Source: Candidatus Peribacteria bacterium (GTDB lineage Bacteria > Patescibacteriota > Gracilibacteria > Peribacterales > Peribacteraceae). From it: DNA of 64,000 bases. This document shows, one piece after another, positions 33,960 through 43,262 of the stretch; position 1 is the first letter of the stretch, and each line of letters opens with the position of its first letter. The notes under the pieces are model-generated. The model saw only the letters and a program-made list of their open reading frames with translations, did no database searches and had not been told where the DNA came from. The stretch covers positions 7,287-71,286 of the forward strand of contig JABICL010000039.1 of NCBI GenBank assembly GCA_018652265.1, read 5' to 3'. The position numbers and the translations under genes are program-made.

Positions 33960-34346
33960 CTACTCAGATGGTTTTAAGGATGAAGTAATTTTTTGAAAAA
34001 TTAATGTTAGCTCTTGGCATTCTTGCCATAATTTACGAATTTCCTGTTTTTTCTCCGGAACTGCTGCTGCTAGCATACGAAGATGATGTTTTGTCTCTTG
34101 ACATTCTTTCTTTGCAATATGAATCTTATTACGAAAATCTTTTTTGGAACTTGCACCATTTGCCTCCATGTAATTAGCACCAATACTCGTCGCAGAACCA
34201 ACAATCTGATCAATTATACGACGTGTGATTACATCTTTTATAACAGATTTGCATAAATGTATTACATTTTCACCAAAAACTGCCGTTCTCTCCTCCAGAT
34301 CAAACTTTTTATCAGTTTGTGTACTCCTAGAAATCATAGGAAACAA
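33960..34346 (-). CDS. Four-helix-bundle protein (23S rRNA intervening-sequence protein family)
   Basis: 128 aa. GSATSIGANYMEANGASSKKDFRNKIHIAKKECQETKHHLRML is the family signature. Confidence 0.75.
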   Translation of the reverse strand: MFPMISRSTQTDKKFDLEERTAVFGENVIHLCKSVIKDVITRRIIDQIVGSATSIGANYMEANGASSKKDFRNKIHIAKKECQETKHHLRMLAAAVPEKKQEIRKLWQECQELTLIFQKITSSLKPSE

Positions 34347-34405
34347 TAATAGACCTTAATACTCCAAATGCAAATATTTGAACATTGCACATTGAATCTT
34401 TATCC

Positions 34406-34442
34406 TTGAATGAAAATTGAAAATTAGAAATTGAAAATTAAC
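34406..34442. repeat. Right inverted repeat bracketing the four-helix-bundle gene
   Basis: TTGAATGAAAATTGAAAATTAGAAATTGAAAATTAAC is the reverse complement of the left repeat with an internal 14-bp duplication. Confidence 0.85.
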
Positions 34443-34510
34443 ATCAGTCAACTGTCTCAGAATCTAACTGCCCCTTTCCTACAACGCAACAATGTTCTAC
34501 GATAAACACC

Positions 34511-36586
34511 ATGCCAGAAGGCGTGGATCCACTTTCACCAGTTGAGTCTCCAAATGAACCAGAGGAGAGCACAACAGAAGCTATTGAAGAAGCTCCTGCA
34601 AGCGATGCAGCGTTTGCTGCTAAGAAGAAAAAACTTCTTCTTATGATTCTCGGTGGAGCAGGAATATTTTTTATGTTCTATATATTCTTTGCATTTTATC
34701 TCATGGTATCTCTTCCATCTCCAGATGGAGGAGGACAGGGACTTAAAGCTTTTGGAAACTTGTTCTACGGTGCAGTAAGCGCTCTATCACTTTCCTTGCT
34801 TGCACTCATAGCACTCAGGATGATCAAATCTGGCGCTGAGCCTGCAGATCTTCAGCGCGCACTTATGAGACCAGGAATACTCACACTTATAATCATAATG
34901 GTTGCAGTTATGGTCTTTGGATCTATAAATAGATCTGTTCCAATTCCTGTAGACATTATAGAGCCAGAAGACACACAAGGTCTTACAGCTCCTGTAACAG
35001 TTACATTCGGAGTCCACTCTATGCAAGATATATTAAAAAAACAGGGACTCTCTGCCAAAAAATATAAATGGGATTTCAATGGTGATGGAAAAGCTGATGC
35101 AGACACAAAAGAAAAAGAAGTTACAACTGTATACGAAAGAAAGGGAACATTTTTCCCAAACGTAAAAGTGCTTTTAAGTAATGGTAAAACTCAAACAGCA
35201 AGAACACGAATTTCTATACCAAATATAATGATCAGCATATCTCCAGAAGATCCGATCATAAACGAAGATATAACCTTTGATGCTACTTACTTAGCACAAG
35301 ATCCACAGAATGTTGAAGTCTTGCTTTGGGATTTTAATGGTGATGGCACTGCAGAAATACAAAGTGCTGCCGCTGTCGATGGATTAACTTCTGTACATTC
35401 TTTTTCTGAGATTGGAACTCACCAATCTAGAGTAACTATAAAATATAAGGGTGGCTTACAAGAGGTATATACAAGGCCAATAAACGTAGAAGAGAGTAGA
35501 GAACAGCCATTTGAGATATCTATGGAAATAGAAGGAGAACTCACAGGTACCGCACCACTTGGAATAATCTTCAAAGCAAAAACTGAAGAAGCAATAGAAG
35601 CAAAAGATATTTCCTGGGAGTTTCTCGAAACTGGCTCATCCAATGCTAGAAAAGAAGAAGATTCAGGAGAAAGAATAAGTCATATCTTTTCGAAAAAAGG
35701 AGATTACCGAGTAACTCTAAAGGTAACAGATAAAATAGGAAGAATAGCCAGGACTTCTACAGAAGTGAATGTAATGGAACCACTGTCTTTGAATGATGTT
35801 GTAATTACAGGCTCACCAAAACCATCAAATAAAATTGTAGAAGGAAGGGAACCACTTGAAGTTGAGCTGGATGCTTCTACAAAAACTCCGCTTATTACTT
35901 TTAAATGGGAACAAGAAGGAGCCTCTCGAGTATTTTCATCAGAAGATACATATCATGCTAGATATCAAAAAGAAGGATCATATCCTGTAGTTTTAATTGC
36001 ATCTGATGCTGAAGGTAGAATCCAAAAATTCCCAATGGAAATAAAAGTTCTTCCTCCTAAATCTCGTGTTACTTTTTCTGCACTACCTTCTACTGGCATA
36101 GCTCCACTTTCTGTTAACTTCGATGCATCACAATCATTTATACCTGATGCAAGAATAACTGGTTTTGCATGGCTATTTGGAGATGAACAAAAATTACAAT
36201 CAGAGCCACAACTTCTTGGCGCCCGAGCTTCTCATAGATACGAAGAAGAGGGGACATACACAGTAGTAGTAAAAGCTCTCACAGAAGAAGGTGGTTCATA
36301 TGAGGCAAATAAAGTCATAGTAGTTAGATCTCCTATTTTAGATGCATGCTTCTTCCCAAGTAGATCTATAGGAGAAGCTCCACTCGAAGTAAGATTAAAC
36401 GCAGGATGTTCTACTGGAAATATTTCTACTTACTCTTGGACTTTCGGAGATGGAGAAAAGGAAAGTAGCTCTGGATCAATTCTCGATCACACATTCACTG
36501 TCCCTGGAACATACATGACAACCCTCGAAGTAAATGACGCACAAGGAAGCTTTAGTCAAACTACTTCGGAAATTATAGTTAAGTAA
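34511..36586 (+). CDS. Membrane-anchored surface protein with multiple PKD-like domains
   Basis: 691 aa. N-terminal TM helices, then repeated WDFNGDG(K/T)A..., FGDE and WTFGDGEKESS motifs. Confidence 0.75.
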   Translation: MPEGVDPLSPVESPNEPEESTTEAIEEAPASDAAFAAKKKKLLLMILGGAGIFFMFYIFFAFYLMVSLPSPDGGGQGLKAFGNLFYGAVSALSLSLLALIALRMIKSGAEPADLQRALMRPGILTLIIIMVAVMVFGSINRSVPIPVDIIEPEDTQGLTAPVTVTFGVHSMQDILKKQGLSAKKYKWDFNGDGKADADTKEKEVTTVYERKGTFFPNVKVLLSNGKTQTARTRISIPNIMISISPEDPIINEDITFDATYLAQDPQNVEVLLWDFNGDGTAEIQSAAAVDGLTSVHSFSEIGTHQSRVTIKYKGGLQEVYTRPINVEESREQPFEISMEIEGELTGTAPLGIIFKAKTEEAIEAKDISWEFLETGSSNARKEEDSGERISHIFSKKGDYRVTLKVTDKIGRIARTSTEVNVMEPLSLNDVVITGSPKPSNKIVEGREPLEVELDASTKTPLITFKWEQEGASRVFSSEDTYHARYQKEGSYPVVLIASDAEGRIQKFPMEIKVLPPKSRVTFSALPSTGIAPLSVNFDASQSFIPDARITGFAWLFGDEQKLQSEPQLLGARASHRYEEEGTYTVVVKALTEEGGSYEANKVIVVRSPILDACFFPSRSIGEAPLEVRLNAGCSTGNISTYSWTFGDGEKESSSGSILDHTFTVPGTYMTTLEVNDAQGSFSQTTSEIIVK

Positions 36587-36597
36587 CTCTTATTATT

Positions 36598-36687
36598 ATG
36601 AATAAAAAAGTCGTTCGTGTTATAGCATTTGTAGGATTAATCGCACTTGTTGGAGGATCGCTACTGCCTATGTTTGCAGGACTCTAA
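36598..36687 (+). CDS. Candidate 29-aa hydrophobic peptide (MNKKVVRVIAFVGLIALVGGSLLPMFAGL)
   Basis: ATG-initiated, with a basic N-terminus and one TM-like stretch. It overlaps the tsaD 3' end by 27 nt on the opposite strand. Not in the ORF track because it is too short. Confidence 0.2.
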   Translation: MNKKVVRVIAFVGLIALVGGSLLPMFAGL

Positions 36688-37665
36688 GAAGTAAGCAGCA
36701 CTCGCTATCATCGCTCCGTTATCCGTACAATACTTAGGCTCTGGAATTCTAAGTGTTTTATCTCCACAGGCTTTCTTCATCATATCTCGTAAATAAGAAT
36801 TGCAAGCAACTCCGCCTACTATATGCACCTCAGAAATATCTGAATGATTTTCTAATGCTTTTTTTACACGACTTACAAGCTGAGAACAGATCGCATGTTG
36901 ATAACTTGCTGCTATATCTTTTTTCTCTTCAGAAGAAAGTTCATCTAGCCCACCCTTATCTCTTAAATAATATTTAAGTGAAGTCTTCATCCCCGAAAAA
37001 CTAAAGTCAGTTGAGTGAACTGCAAAATTAGATCCTTTACTACAAAAATCTGCATAATAAGGATTACCTCCGAGTGCCAATTTAGAAATTTCTGGTCCGC
37101 CAGGATATGGAAGCCCAAGAAGAACAGCTCCTTTATCGAAAGCTTCTCCTGCAGCATCATCTAAAGTTCTACTTATTATTTCTCCATCTTTGTGACTTTG
37201 CCTCAGCCAAAGCTCGCTGTGACCCCCGCTTACACTTAGAGACAAAACTGGAAACTTAACTTCATCTTCACTAGTCGTAAGCCATGGAGAAGATAGATGC
37301 CCCATAGTGTGATGAACTTTCATGAGCTTCTTTTTCCATACAGAAGAAAGAGTCTCTGCAGTCATTATTCCAACCAAGAGAGATGTCTGAAGTCCTGGCT
37401 GATCTGTTACTGCAATTAAATCTATCTGATCTATAGATATTCCAGAATCACTCAAGGCTTTATCTATCACAGGAATCATATACTCAACCTGACGCCTAGC
37501 TGCTATTTCTGGAAATATACCTCCATACTTTGCATGATCCTCAATAGAACTTGTCACGGCGTTTGCAAGAATCTTTCTACCGTCCTTCACAACTGCCACA
37601 GAGGTCTCATCGCACGATGTTTCTATTCCTAGTACAATCACGCGAAATATGATACCGATTTGCAT
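36661..37665 (-). CDS. tsaD: tRNA N6-adenosine threonylcarbamoyltransferase TsaD
   Basis: LGIETSCDETSVAVV, HHTMGH and GGVACN motifs. A GTG at 37641 is an alternative start. Confidence 0.9.
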   Translation of the reverse strand: MQIGIIFRVIVLGIETSCDETSVAVVKDGRKILANAVTSSIEDHAKYGGIFPEIAARRQVEYMIPVIDKALSDSGISIDQIDLIAVTDQPGLQTSLLVGIMTAETLSSVWKKKLMKVHHTMGHLSSPWLTTSEDEVKFPVLSLSVSGGHSELWLRQSHKDGEIISRTLDDAAGEAFDKGAVLLGLPYPGGPEISKLALGGNPYYADFCSKGSNFAVHSTDFSFSGMKTSLKYYLRDKGGLDELSSEEKKDIAASYQHAICSQLVSRVKKALENHSDISEVHIVGGVACNSYLRDMMKKACGDKTLRIPEPKYCTDNGAMIASAAYFLESCKHRQ

Positions 37666-37703
37666 TTAAAACACCATAATTCACATGAGCAATACTGAGA
37701 ATA

Positions 37704-37782
37704 ATGGCGGCGTAGCGGAATCGTCGGTAAATTTTGGCAATATGACGAAAAGGTGACCTTTTTAAACGCGAAGCCGTATGAT
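37704..37782 (+). repeat. Family E intergenic element, copy E2
   Basis: ATGGCGGCGTAGCGGAATCG, 35 nt, then TTTTTAAACGCGAAGCCGTATGAT; compare 16415-16498. Confidence 0.75.
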
Positions 37783-37826
37783 ATAATAGTTACTTAAGAA
37801 AACACACACAAAACCCAACATTTAGA

Positions 37827-38600
37827 ATGCTTCATAAGCATCACTCACATCACCACGCGATTCTCTTTTTACTAAGTGTCATCTTCATAGGAGGCGCTCT
37901 GGGCGGCGTATCTGGAGCTTTGGATAAGGACATTATATTTGATGCAAATGCACTCAGAGCAGATGGAACTGCGCTCAGTAAATCTGCTCAAAAAAGACTA
38001 GAAAGAATAGAAAAAAGGAGACTCGCCAGAGAGAGAAAAGCACAAAGATCAGGACAAATTGCAAAAAAGGCAAAAATTACATATCCGATGCAAGCAAGCA
38101 CTCTACAAAAAGAAGCAGAAAAAAGATGGGACACAGAACTGGATGTCGGTCGACTTGTATATAGTAATTTAGGAATAGTTGCTCCACTTGGAAGACCATC
38201 TGACATTCATTGGAAAAATAAAAATTGGCGTGAGCTAGAAAATCAGATGCAGTACGCACTCAAGAACGGACTCGCTCTTTATCCTCATTCTCCAGCAGTC
38301 GGAAGTAGGGGGCAGGTAATAATTGCAGGTCATAGTAGCGCTCCTACTTTGGATGCAATAGGGGATCCATTCGAAGACATCTTTGCTGCACTTCCAAATT
38401 CAGAGGTAGGGGACATAGTGGAAGTAAAAGACAAATACGAAAATACTTATAAGTACGAGGTAACCAAATCCAAGGAGATTTCTGCCTCTCAGACTTCGCT
38501 ACTTTTGCAAAACAAGAGCAAGAGCGAGATTATAATGTTTACCTGCTATCCCGTAGGAACTACGAGAAACAGGTGGGCTGTTTGGGCAAGACTTCTTTAG
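37827..38600 (+). CDS. Sortase-family transpeptidase
   Basis: 257 aa. N-terminal TM, then IIAGHSS (His), MFTCYP (Cys) and TTRNRW (Arg). Confidence 0.7.
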   Translation: MLHKHHSHHHAILFLLSVIFIGGALGGVSGALDKDIIFDANALRADGTALSKSAQKRLERIEKRRLARERKAQRSGQIAKKAKITYPMQASTLQKEAEKRWDTELDVGRLVYSNLGIVAPLGRPSDIHWKNKNWRELENQMQYALKNGLALYPHSPAVGSRGQVIIAGHSSAPTLDAIGDPFEDIFAALPNSEVGDIVEVKDKYENTYKYEVTKSKEISASQTSLLLQNKSKSEIIMFTCYPVGTTRNRWAVWARLL

Positions 38601-38624
38601 TATATTTATATCGCCTCTCAACTC

Positions 38625-38695
38625 GTTGTGCTTTCCTCGAGCATTCGCCTTTGGCGAATGTCGAGAGGCAGCACAACTCACTCGAGGAAAGCAAC
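38625..38695. repeat. Family F element, short copy F1 (hairpin after the sortase gene)
   Basis: GCTTTCCTCGAG...CTCGAGGAAAGC is a perfect 12-bp outer stem enclosing CATTCGCC-TTTG-GCGAATG and TCGAGAGGC. Confidence 0.85.
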
Positions 38696-38754
38696 ATATA
38701 TTTAAGCCACTATTTAACTAGAAACTAACAGCTATAAACTAGTAAACTTCATAT

Positions 38755-39519
38755 ATGAGCATCTTCCCAACGAGACAAATTTTCCTAGAAATCGGACCGC
38801 TTACAATTCATTGGTACGGCATCATGTATATGATTGCTTTTCTTTTGGTTCTTTGGATTGTTCCACGAATAAAAAAATATCGTGACGTGCATCTATCATC
38901 TGAATATCTCTCCACATTACTTTTATATGGAATAGTGGGAACTATAGTCGGTGGAAGGCTTGGGTATGTAATCTTTTATGGCGCAGACTATTTCGGAGAT
39001 AATCCTTTAGAAATATTTATGGTGTGGAAAGGAGGGATGTCTTCTCATGGCGGGATAATAGGAGTAGCAATTGCTGCGTGGATTTTCTCTAAAAAGCATG
39101 CAATCGATATATGGCGTCTTGCAGATGTACTAGTAATTCCAGCAGCTATAGGACTTGCATTTGGAAGATTCGGCAATTTTATAAATCAGGAACTCTATGG
39201 CTCTGTCACAGATCTCCCATGGGCAATATCTATACCAGGAGAAATGGATCTCAGACATCCAACACAGATATATGCAATTATAAAAAATCTATTTATAACT
39301 TCTGTATGTTTTATGCATCTAAAGAAATATAAAAAGCCAGGAACAACTCTTGGGCTATTTATAATACTCTATGGAATTCTGAGATTTCTTATAGAGTTTA
39401 TAAGAGTAGAAACCTCGGAAGGATTCGACATTGCCTTTATGCATCTAACAAGAGGACAGATGCTTACTGTTCCTTTGATAGTTATTGGGGTTTGGATTAT
39501 GAGAACAAAAAGAAAATAG
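38755..39519 (+). CDS. lgt: Prolipoprotein diacylglyceryl transferase
   Basis: IHWYGIMY, GGRLG and FGRFGNFINQELYG motifs. Confidence 0.9.
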   Translation: MSIFPTRQIFLEIGPLTIHWYGIMYMIAFLLVLWIVPRIKKYRDVHLSSEYLSTLLLYGIVGTIVGGRLGYVIFYGADYFGDNPLEIFMVWKGGMSSHGGIIGVAIAAWIFSKKHAIDIWRLADVLVIPAAIGLAFGRFGNFINQELYGSVTDLPWAISIPGEMDLRHPTQIYAIIKNLFITSVCFMHLKKYKKPGTTLGLFIILYGILRFLIEFIRVETSEGFDIAFMHLTRGQMLTVPLIVIGVWIMRTKRK

Positions 39520-39532
39520 TATTTCTTTATTA

Positions 39533-40168
39533 TTATCTCTCCCATTCAGTCAAATCACCTTCTTCTGCATCAAGCTCTGCTAGCTTTGCTAGCTCTGCTA
39601 GAACTATTTCGTTTAAAACATTTGCATCTCTTTCTATATCATCATGATAAGTAGGATCTAAATCTGATACAACAGCTTCACAAGATTCTGAAACACCAAA
39701 TGCTCCTATAAGAACATTCATATCTTTTTCATCTACAGGCAAGCTTTGTTCCGCTCTACTAGACTCCCAATCAAATGATGTCAGACTTTCTCCATCACCA
39801 AGATATTGTGATAATGATTCGTTTGAAATTTGTACCATCTCACTAAGAGTTTTTCCTACATGATCAACTGGCACTGCTAAACCAGGACTATGATTTTCAA
39901 TATGTCTTAGTATTTTCAAAACACTATCTCTAAATAATGGGTGTGAAGCAACTAAAGAAGCTACTCCGACCAAAGGAATAATAGGCGCATCAGCTGTTAC
40001 ATTTACACTAGTATCAATTAATTCTTTTTGTTCTTTCATAGCTTCAAAAAGTAACCTATGTGCAATCTGCCGTTGTATTGCAATAAATTGTGATTGATTA
40101 ATATTTAACGCCCATGACGCTCCATCGATTTTTCTGGGCGTTTGCTCATGATTTCTTCTTAAATCCAT
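39533..40168 (-). CDS. Hypothetical acidic protein
   Basis: 211-aa ORF. No family recognised. Confidence 0.4.
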   Translation of the reverse strand: MDLRRNHEQTPRKIDGASWALNINQSQFIAIQRQIAHRLLFEAMKEQKELIDTSVNVTADAPIIPLVGVASLVASHPLFRDSVLKILRHIENHSPGLAVPVDHVGKTLSEMVQISNESLSQYLGDGESLTSFDWESSRAEQSLPVDEKDMNVLIGAFGVSESCEAVVSDLDPTYHDDIERDANVLNEIVLAELAKLAELDAEEGDLTEWER

Positions 40169-40314
40169 AATTATAATTTAAACATTATTTTAACATATGT
40201 CAATCCTTCAAAACTCCAAAATTCTTATGCTAGAGCCAAATTTCTAGTATATATTGACAATATAGCAACATATTAGACTAAAATCAGACATATTCTATAT
40301 CCAACTTAATAAAA

Positions 40315-40599
40315 ATGAATACCACAATAGACACTGAAATGAAGCTTATAACACCATATTTTGACTGCTCTGAAGAAGGAGTTGTAACTGCTGTGCCGCT
40401 TTCATGTGAAAATTTAGATTCAATACCAGATGAAATACTGGATTTATCAACTAGTGTACTACATGAATTATATGAAATTCATGTTGATTGCTCTCATGTT
40501 GCAAAAGAAGAATCTGAAGATGACATTCAGGCCTGCTTAAAAAAAACTCGCTCTAAATTACAAGAAAAAAGCATAAACATGTCTGTATCAGGCATTTAA
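40315..40599 (+). CDS. Hypothetical acidic protein
   Basis: 94-aa ORF, divergent from 39533..40168. No family recognised. Confidence 0.3.
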   Translation: MNTTIDTEMKLITPYFDCSEEGVVTAVPLSCENLDSIPDEILDLSTSVLHELYEIHVDCSHVAKEESEDDIQACLKKTRSKLQEKSINMSVSGI

Positions 40600-40681
40600 T
40601 AATTAAGAGTCTAAAATGAAAATATGATATTCTTATAACATAAAAGACACATTACCATTCTCGGCAGGAACAGATGAGGAA

Positions 40682-43018
40682 GTGCAAAAGTTACTCAAAG
40701 AATACTCAATAGGCCTCACAGTAGAAGAGGCACGTAAGATAGTAGATTTCCTAGGTAGAGATCCTACGCTCGTAGAAGCCGTTATATGGGGTATTCAGGG
40801 ATCTGAGCACTGTAGCTACAAATCTAGTAAGAAGTTCCTGAAATACTTCCCTACAAGCGGGAAAAAGGTGATTTTGGGGCCATGTGAGGATTCAGGAATA
40901 GTGGCGATTACAGATGGTCCAGAAGGTAAAAGATGGGGGATTGTAGTAAGTCACGAGAGCCATAATCATCCATCGCAAATAGTTCCATACGAAGGAGCAG
41001 CTACTGGAGTAGGAGGAATTGTTCGTGATGTTCTATGTATGGGAGCACGAGTTGTTGGATCACTCGATCCACTTAGATTGGGAGATTTAAAAACTGAAGA
41101 ATCAGTATCTATAGCAAAAGAAGTTATTCGTGGGATCGCCGGATATGGAAATCCACTTGGTATTCCAAATCTAGGTGGAGATGTTCAGTTTGATAGTGAC
41201 TATAATTTTAACTGCCTGGTGAATGTAGTGTGTCATGGAATAGTAAGAGAAGATGAAATAATTCATAGTTATGTTCCAGAAGAAGCAGGAGAAGTTGGTT
41301 ACGACATAATACTTATAGGAAAACCAACAGATAGAAGTGGATTCGGAGGAGCCTCATTTGCGAGTGTAATTTTGGAAGAAGATGAAAAAGAAAAAAACAC
41401 AGGAGCAGTACAAGAACCAAATCCATTCCTAGAAAGACATATCCTAGTCTCTACTTACGCACTATTTGACTGGTTAGTTGCAAATAACAAACTAGATAAA
41501 GTTAGCTTCAAAGATTTAGGAGCTGGAGGAGTGGTTTGTGCATCTGTAGAACAAGTATCGGAACAAGGATTTGGAGCAGAGGTAGATATAGACAAAGTTC
41601 ATACTGCAATTTCTGATCTTCCACCGGAAGTAATTGCATGCGCAGAGACGCAAGAGAGATTCTGTTGGATGTGTCATCCTGACCTCACAGAACATATTCT
41701 GCAGCACTACAATGAAGATTGGGATTTACCAGGCATTGCAGAAAATGCTCGTGCATCACTTATAGGAAAAGTAACCAAGGAACCTATATATAAACTTAAT
41801 TACAAAGACGAAAGAATATGCGAAGCTCGTGCAAAAGATATTACATGTGGGCTTGAATACGACAGAGAGATTTCTGAACCTACATTTAATCTCACTGAAC
41901 CAAACTTAAAGCCAGAGAACATCGAAACTATATTGAAGAATATAATCTCAAATCCAAACTACGCATCAAAAGCACCAATTTTCAGACACTACGATAAGAA
42001 TGTTATAGGAAATACTGTTATAGAATCTGGAGAAGCAGATGCTGGAGTAATTGCTCCGTTACAGGATTTACAAAGTTATGTTCATGAAGGAACTCATCCT
42101 GGATGGGATATAAGCGAAGAGGATAAACTTACAGGAGTGGCAGTATCTTGTGATGGGAATGGGAAATATGGGAAAATTTCTCCTTACTGGCAAGGAGTGA
42201 ATGCAACTCTAGAATCTATGAGAAATGTGGCAGCAGTCGGTGCAACAGCTTGCGCACTTACTGATTGCTTAAATTATGCAAATCCTGAAGTCCCAGAAAA
42301 ATTATGGGAACTAAAAGAAGGAATTCGTGGAATCGCAGAAACAGCTAAAGGAATAGATATAGACGGAGAACCTGTACCTATAGTTAGCGGAAATGTAAGT
42401 TTGTATAATTCCACACCTGACGGTAAATCTATTCCTCCTACAGCAGTAGTCAGTTGTGTTGGAGTTATCAAAGATCACAGAAAAGCAGTAACTAGTTCTA
42501 TAAAGAACACAGGGTCGAAAATATTACTTGTAGGAGAAAGAAAAGATGAATGCGGAGGATCCGCTTACTACGAAGTTAATGGAGAGCTTGGAGCAAATGT
42601 TCCTAAACCAGATTTTGCAGAATCAAAAAAACAAATCGAATTTGTGATAGATGCCATAGATCAGCGCCTTGTAGAAAGCTCACACGATATTGCAGAAGGA
42701 GGACTTATGCTTGCATTATTTGAGATGCTTACTGTTACTTCTCCTCTAGAGAAAGTGAAATTTGGGATAAGTGCAACTATGAAGAATTTGAGAAGTGATC
42801 TATCTGCAGAAAAAATGCTATTTAGTGAAACACCTGGATTTATTTTGGTCACAAGTGATGAAGACAAATTAAAAGATTTAGCCAAAAAACATGGATTGGA
42901 TATTTTTGAAATAGGGGAGACTACTTCGGATAAGATTTTGAAAGTAGATGATTTGATATCAGCTGATATGGAAGAATTGATTGAAGTTTGGAAGAAGCCG
43001 CTAGAGGAAATTATTTAG
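40682..43018 (+). CDS. purL: Phosphoribosylformylglycinamidine synthase subunit PurL
   Basis: 778 aa, GTG start. GSEHCSYKSS, ESHNHPSQIVPYEGAATGVGG, and two AIR-synthase-like repeats. Confidence 0.9.
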   Translation: MQKLLKEYSIGLTVEEARKIVDFLGRDPTLVEAVIWGIQGSEHCSYKSSKKFLKYFPTSGKKVILGPCEDSGIVAITDGPEGKRWGIVVSHESHNHPSQIVPYEGAATGVGGIVRDVLCMGARVVGSLDPLRLGDLKTEESVSIAKEVIRGIAGYGNPLGIPNLGGDVQFDSDYNFNCLVNVVCHGIVREDEIIHSYVPEEAGEVGYDIILIGKPTDRSGFGGASFASVILEEDEKEKNTGAVQEPNPFLERHILVSTYALFDWLVANNKLDKVSFKDLGAGGVVCASVEQVSEQGFGAEVDIDKVHTAISDLPPEVIACAETQERFCWMCHPDLTEHILQHYNEDWDLPGIAENARASLIGKVTKEPIYKLNYKDERICEARAKDITCGLEYDREISEPTFNLTEPNLKPENIETILKNIISNPNYASKAPIFRHYDKNVIGNTVIESGEADAGVIAPLQDLQSYVHEGTHPGWDISEEDKLTGVAVSCDGNGKYGKISPYWQGVNATLESMRNVAAVGATACALTDCLNYANPEVPEKLWELKEGIRGIAETAKGIDIDGEPVPIVSGNVSLYNSTPDGKSIPPTAVVSCVGVIKDHRKAVTSSIKNTGSKILLVGERKDECGGSAYYEVNGELGANVPKPDFAESKKQIEFVIDAIDQRLVESSHDIAEGGLMLALFEMLTVTSPLEKVKFGISATMKNLRSDLSAEKMLFSETPGFILVTSDEDKLKDLAKKHGLDIFEIGETTSDKILKVDDLISADMEELIEVWKKPLEEII

Positions 43019-43028
43019 AATTTAGTAG

Positions 43029-43078
43029 CCCTTCGACTTCGCCGCTCGCAAGGCTCGCAGCTTCGCTCAGGATGACAT
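43029..43078 (-). repeat. B-related short element (CCCTTCGAC...CTCAGGATGACAT type)
   Basis: CCCTTCGACTTCGCCGCTCGCAAGGCTCGCAGCTTCGCTCAGGATGACAT; compare 45824-45869. Confidence 0.7.
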
Positions 43079-43099
43079 TTTAATCCGTTACAACAAAAT

Positions 43100-43189
43100 A
43101 TGTCATGCTGAGCCGTACTGAGCGAACGAGCACTTGAAGCGGAGCTGGCGACGCTTAAGTCTCGTGAGACGAAGTACGTGTCGAAGCAT
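43100..43189 (+). repeat. Family B repeat, copy B3 (7-bp shorter centre)
   Basis: ATGTCATGCTGAGCCGTACTGAGCGAACGAGCACTTGAAGCGGAGCTGGCGACGCTTAAGTCTCGTGAGACGAAGTACGTGTCGAAGCAT. Confidence 0.9.
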
Positions 43190-43193
43190 TAAG

Positions 43194-43212
43194 CCTTAAG
43201 CACGCGAGCGGG
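43194..43212 (+). repeat. Solo right terminus of family A
   Basis: CCTTAAGCACGCGAGCGGGG abuts B3. No left arm is present. Confidence 0.7.
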
Positions 43213-43262
43213 GTGCTTAATCTAGGTATAACGAACATTTATATTGCTTATCGCGTAAATCT

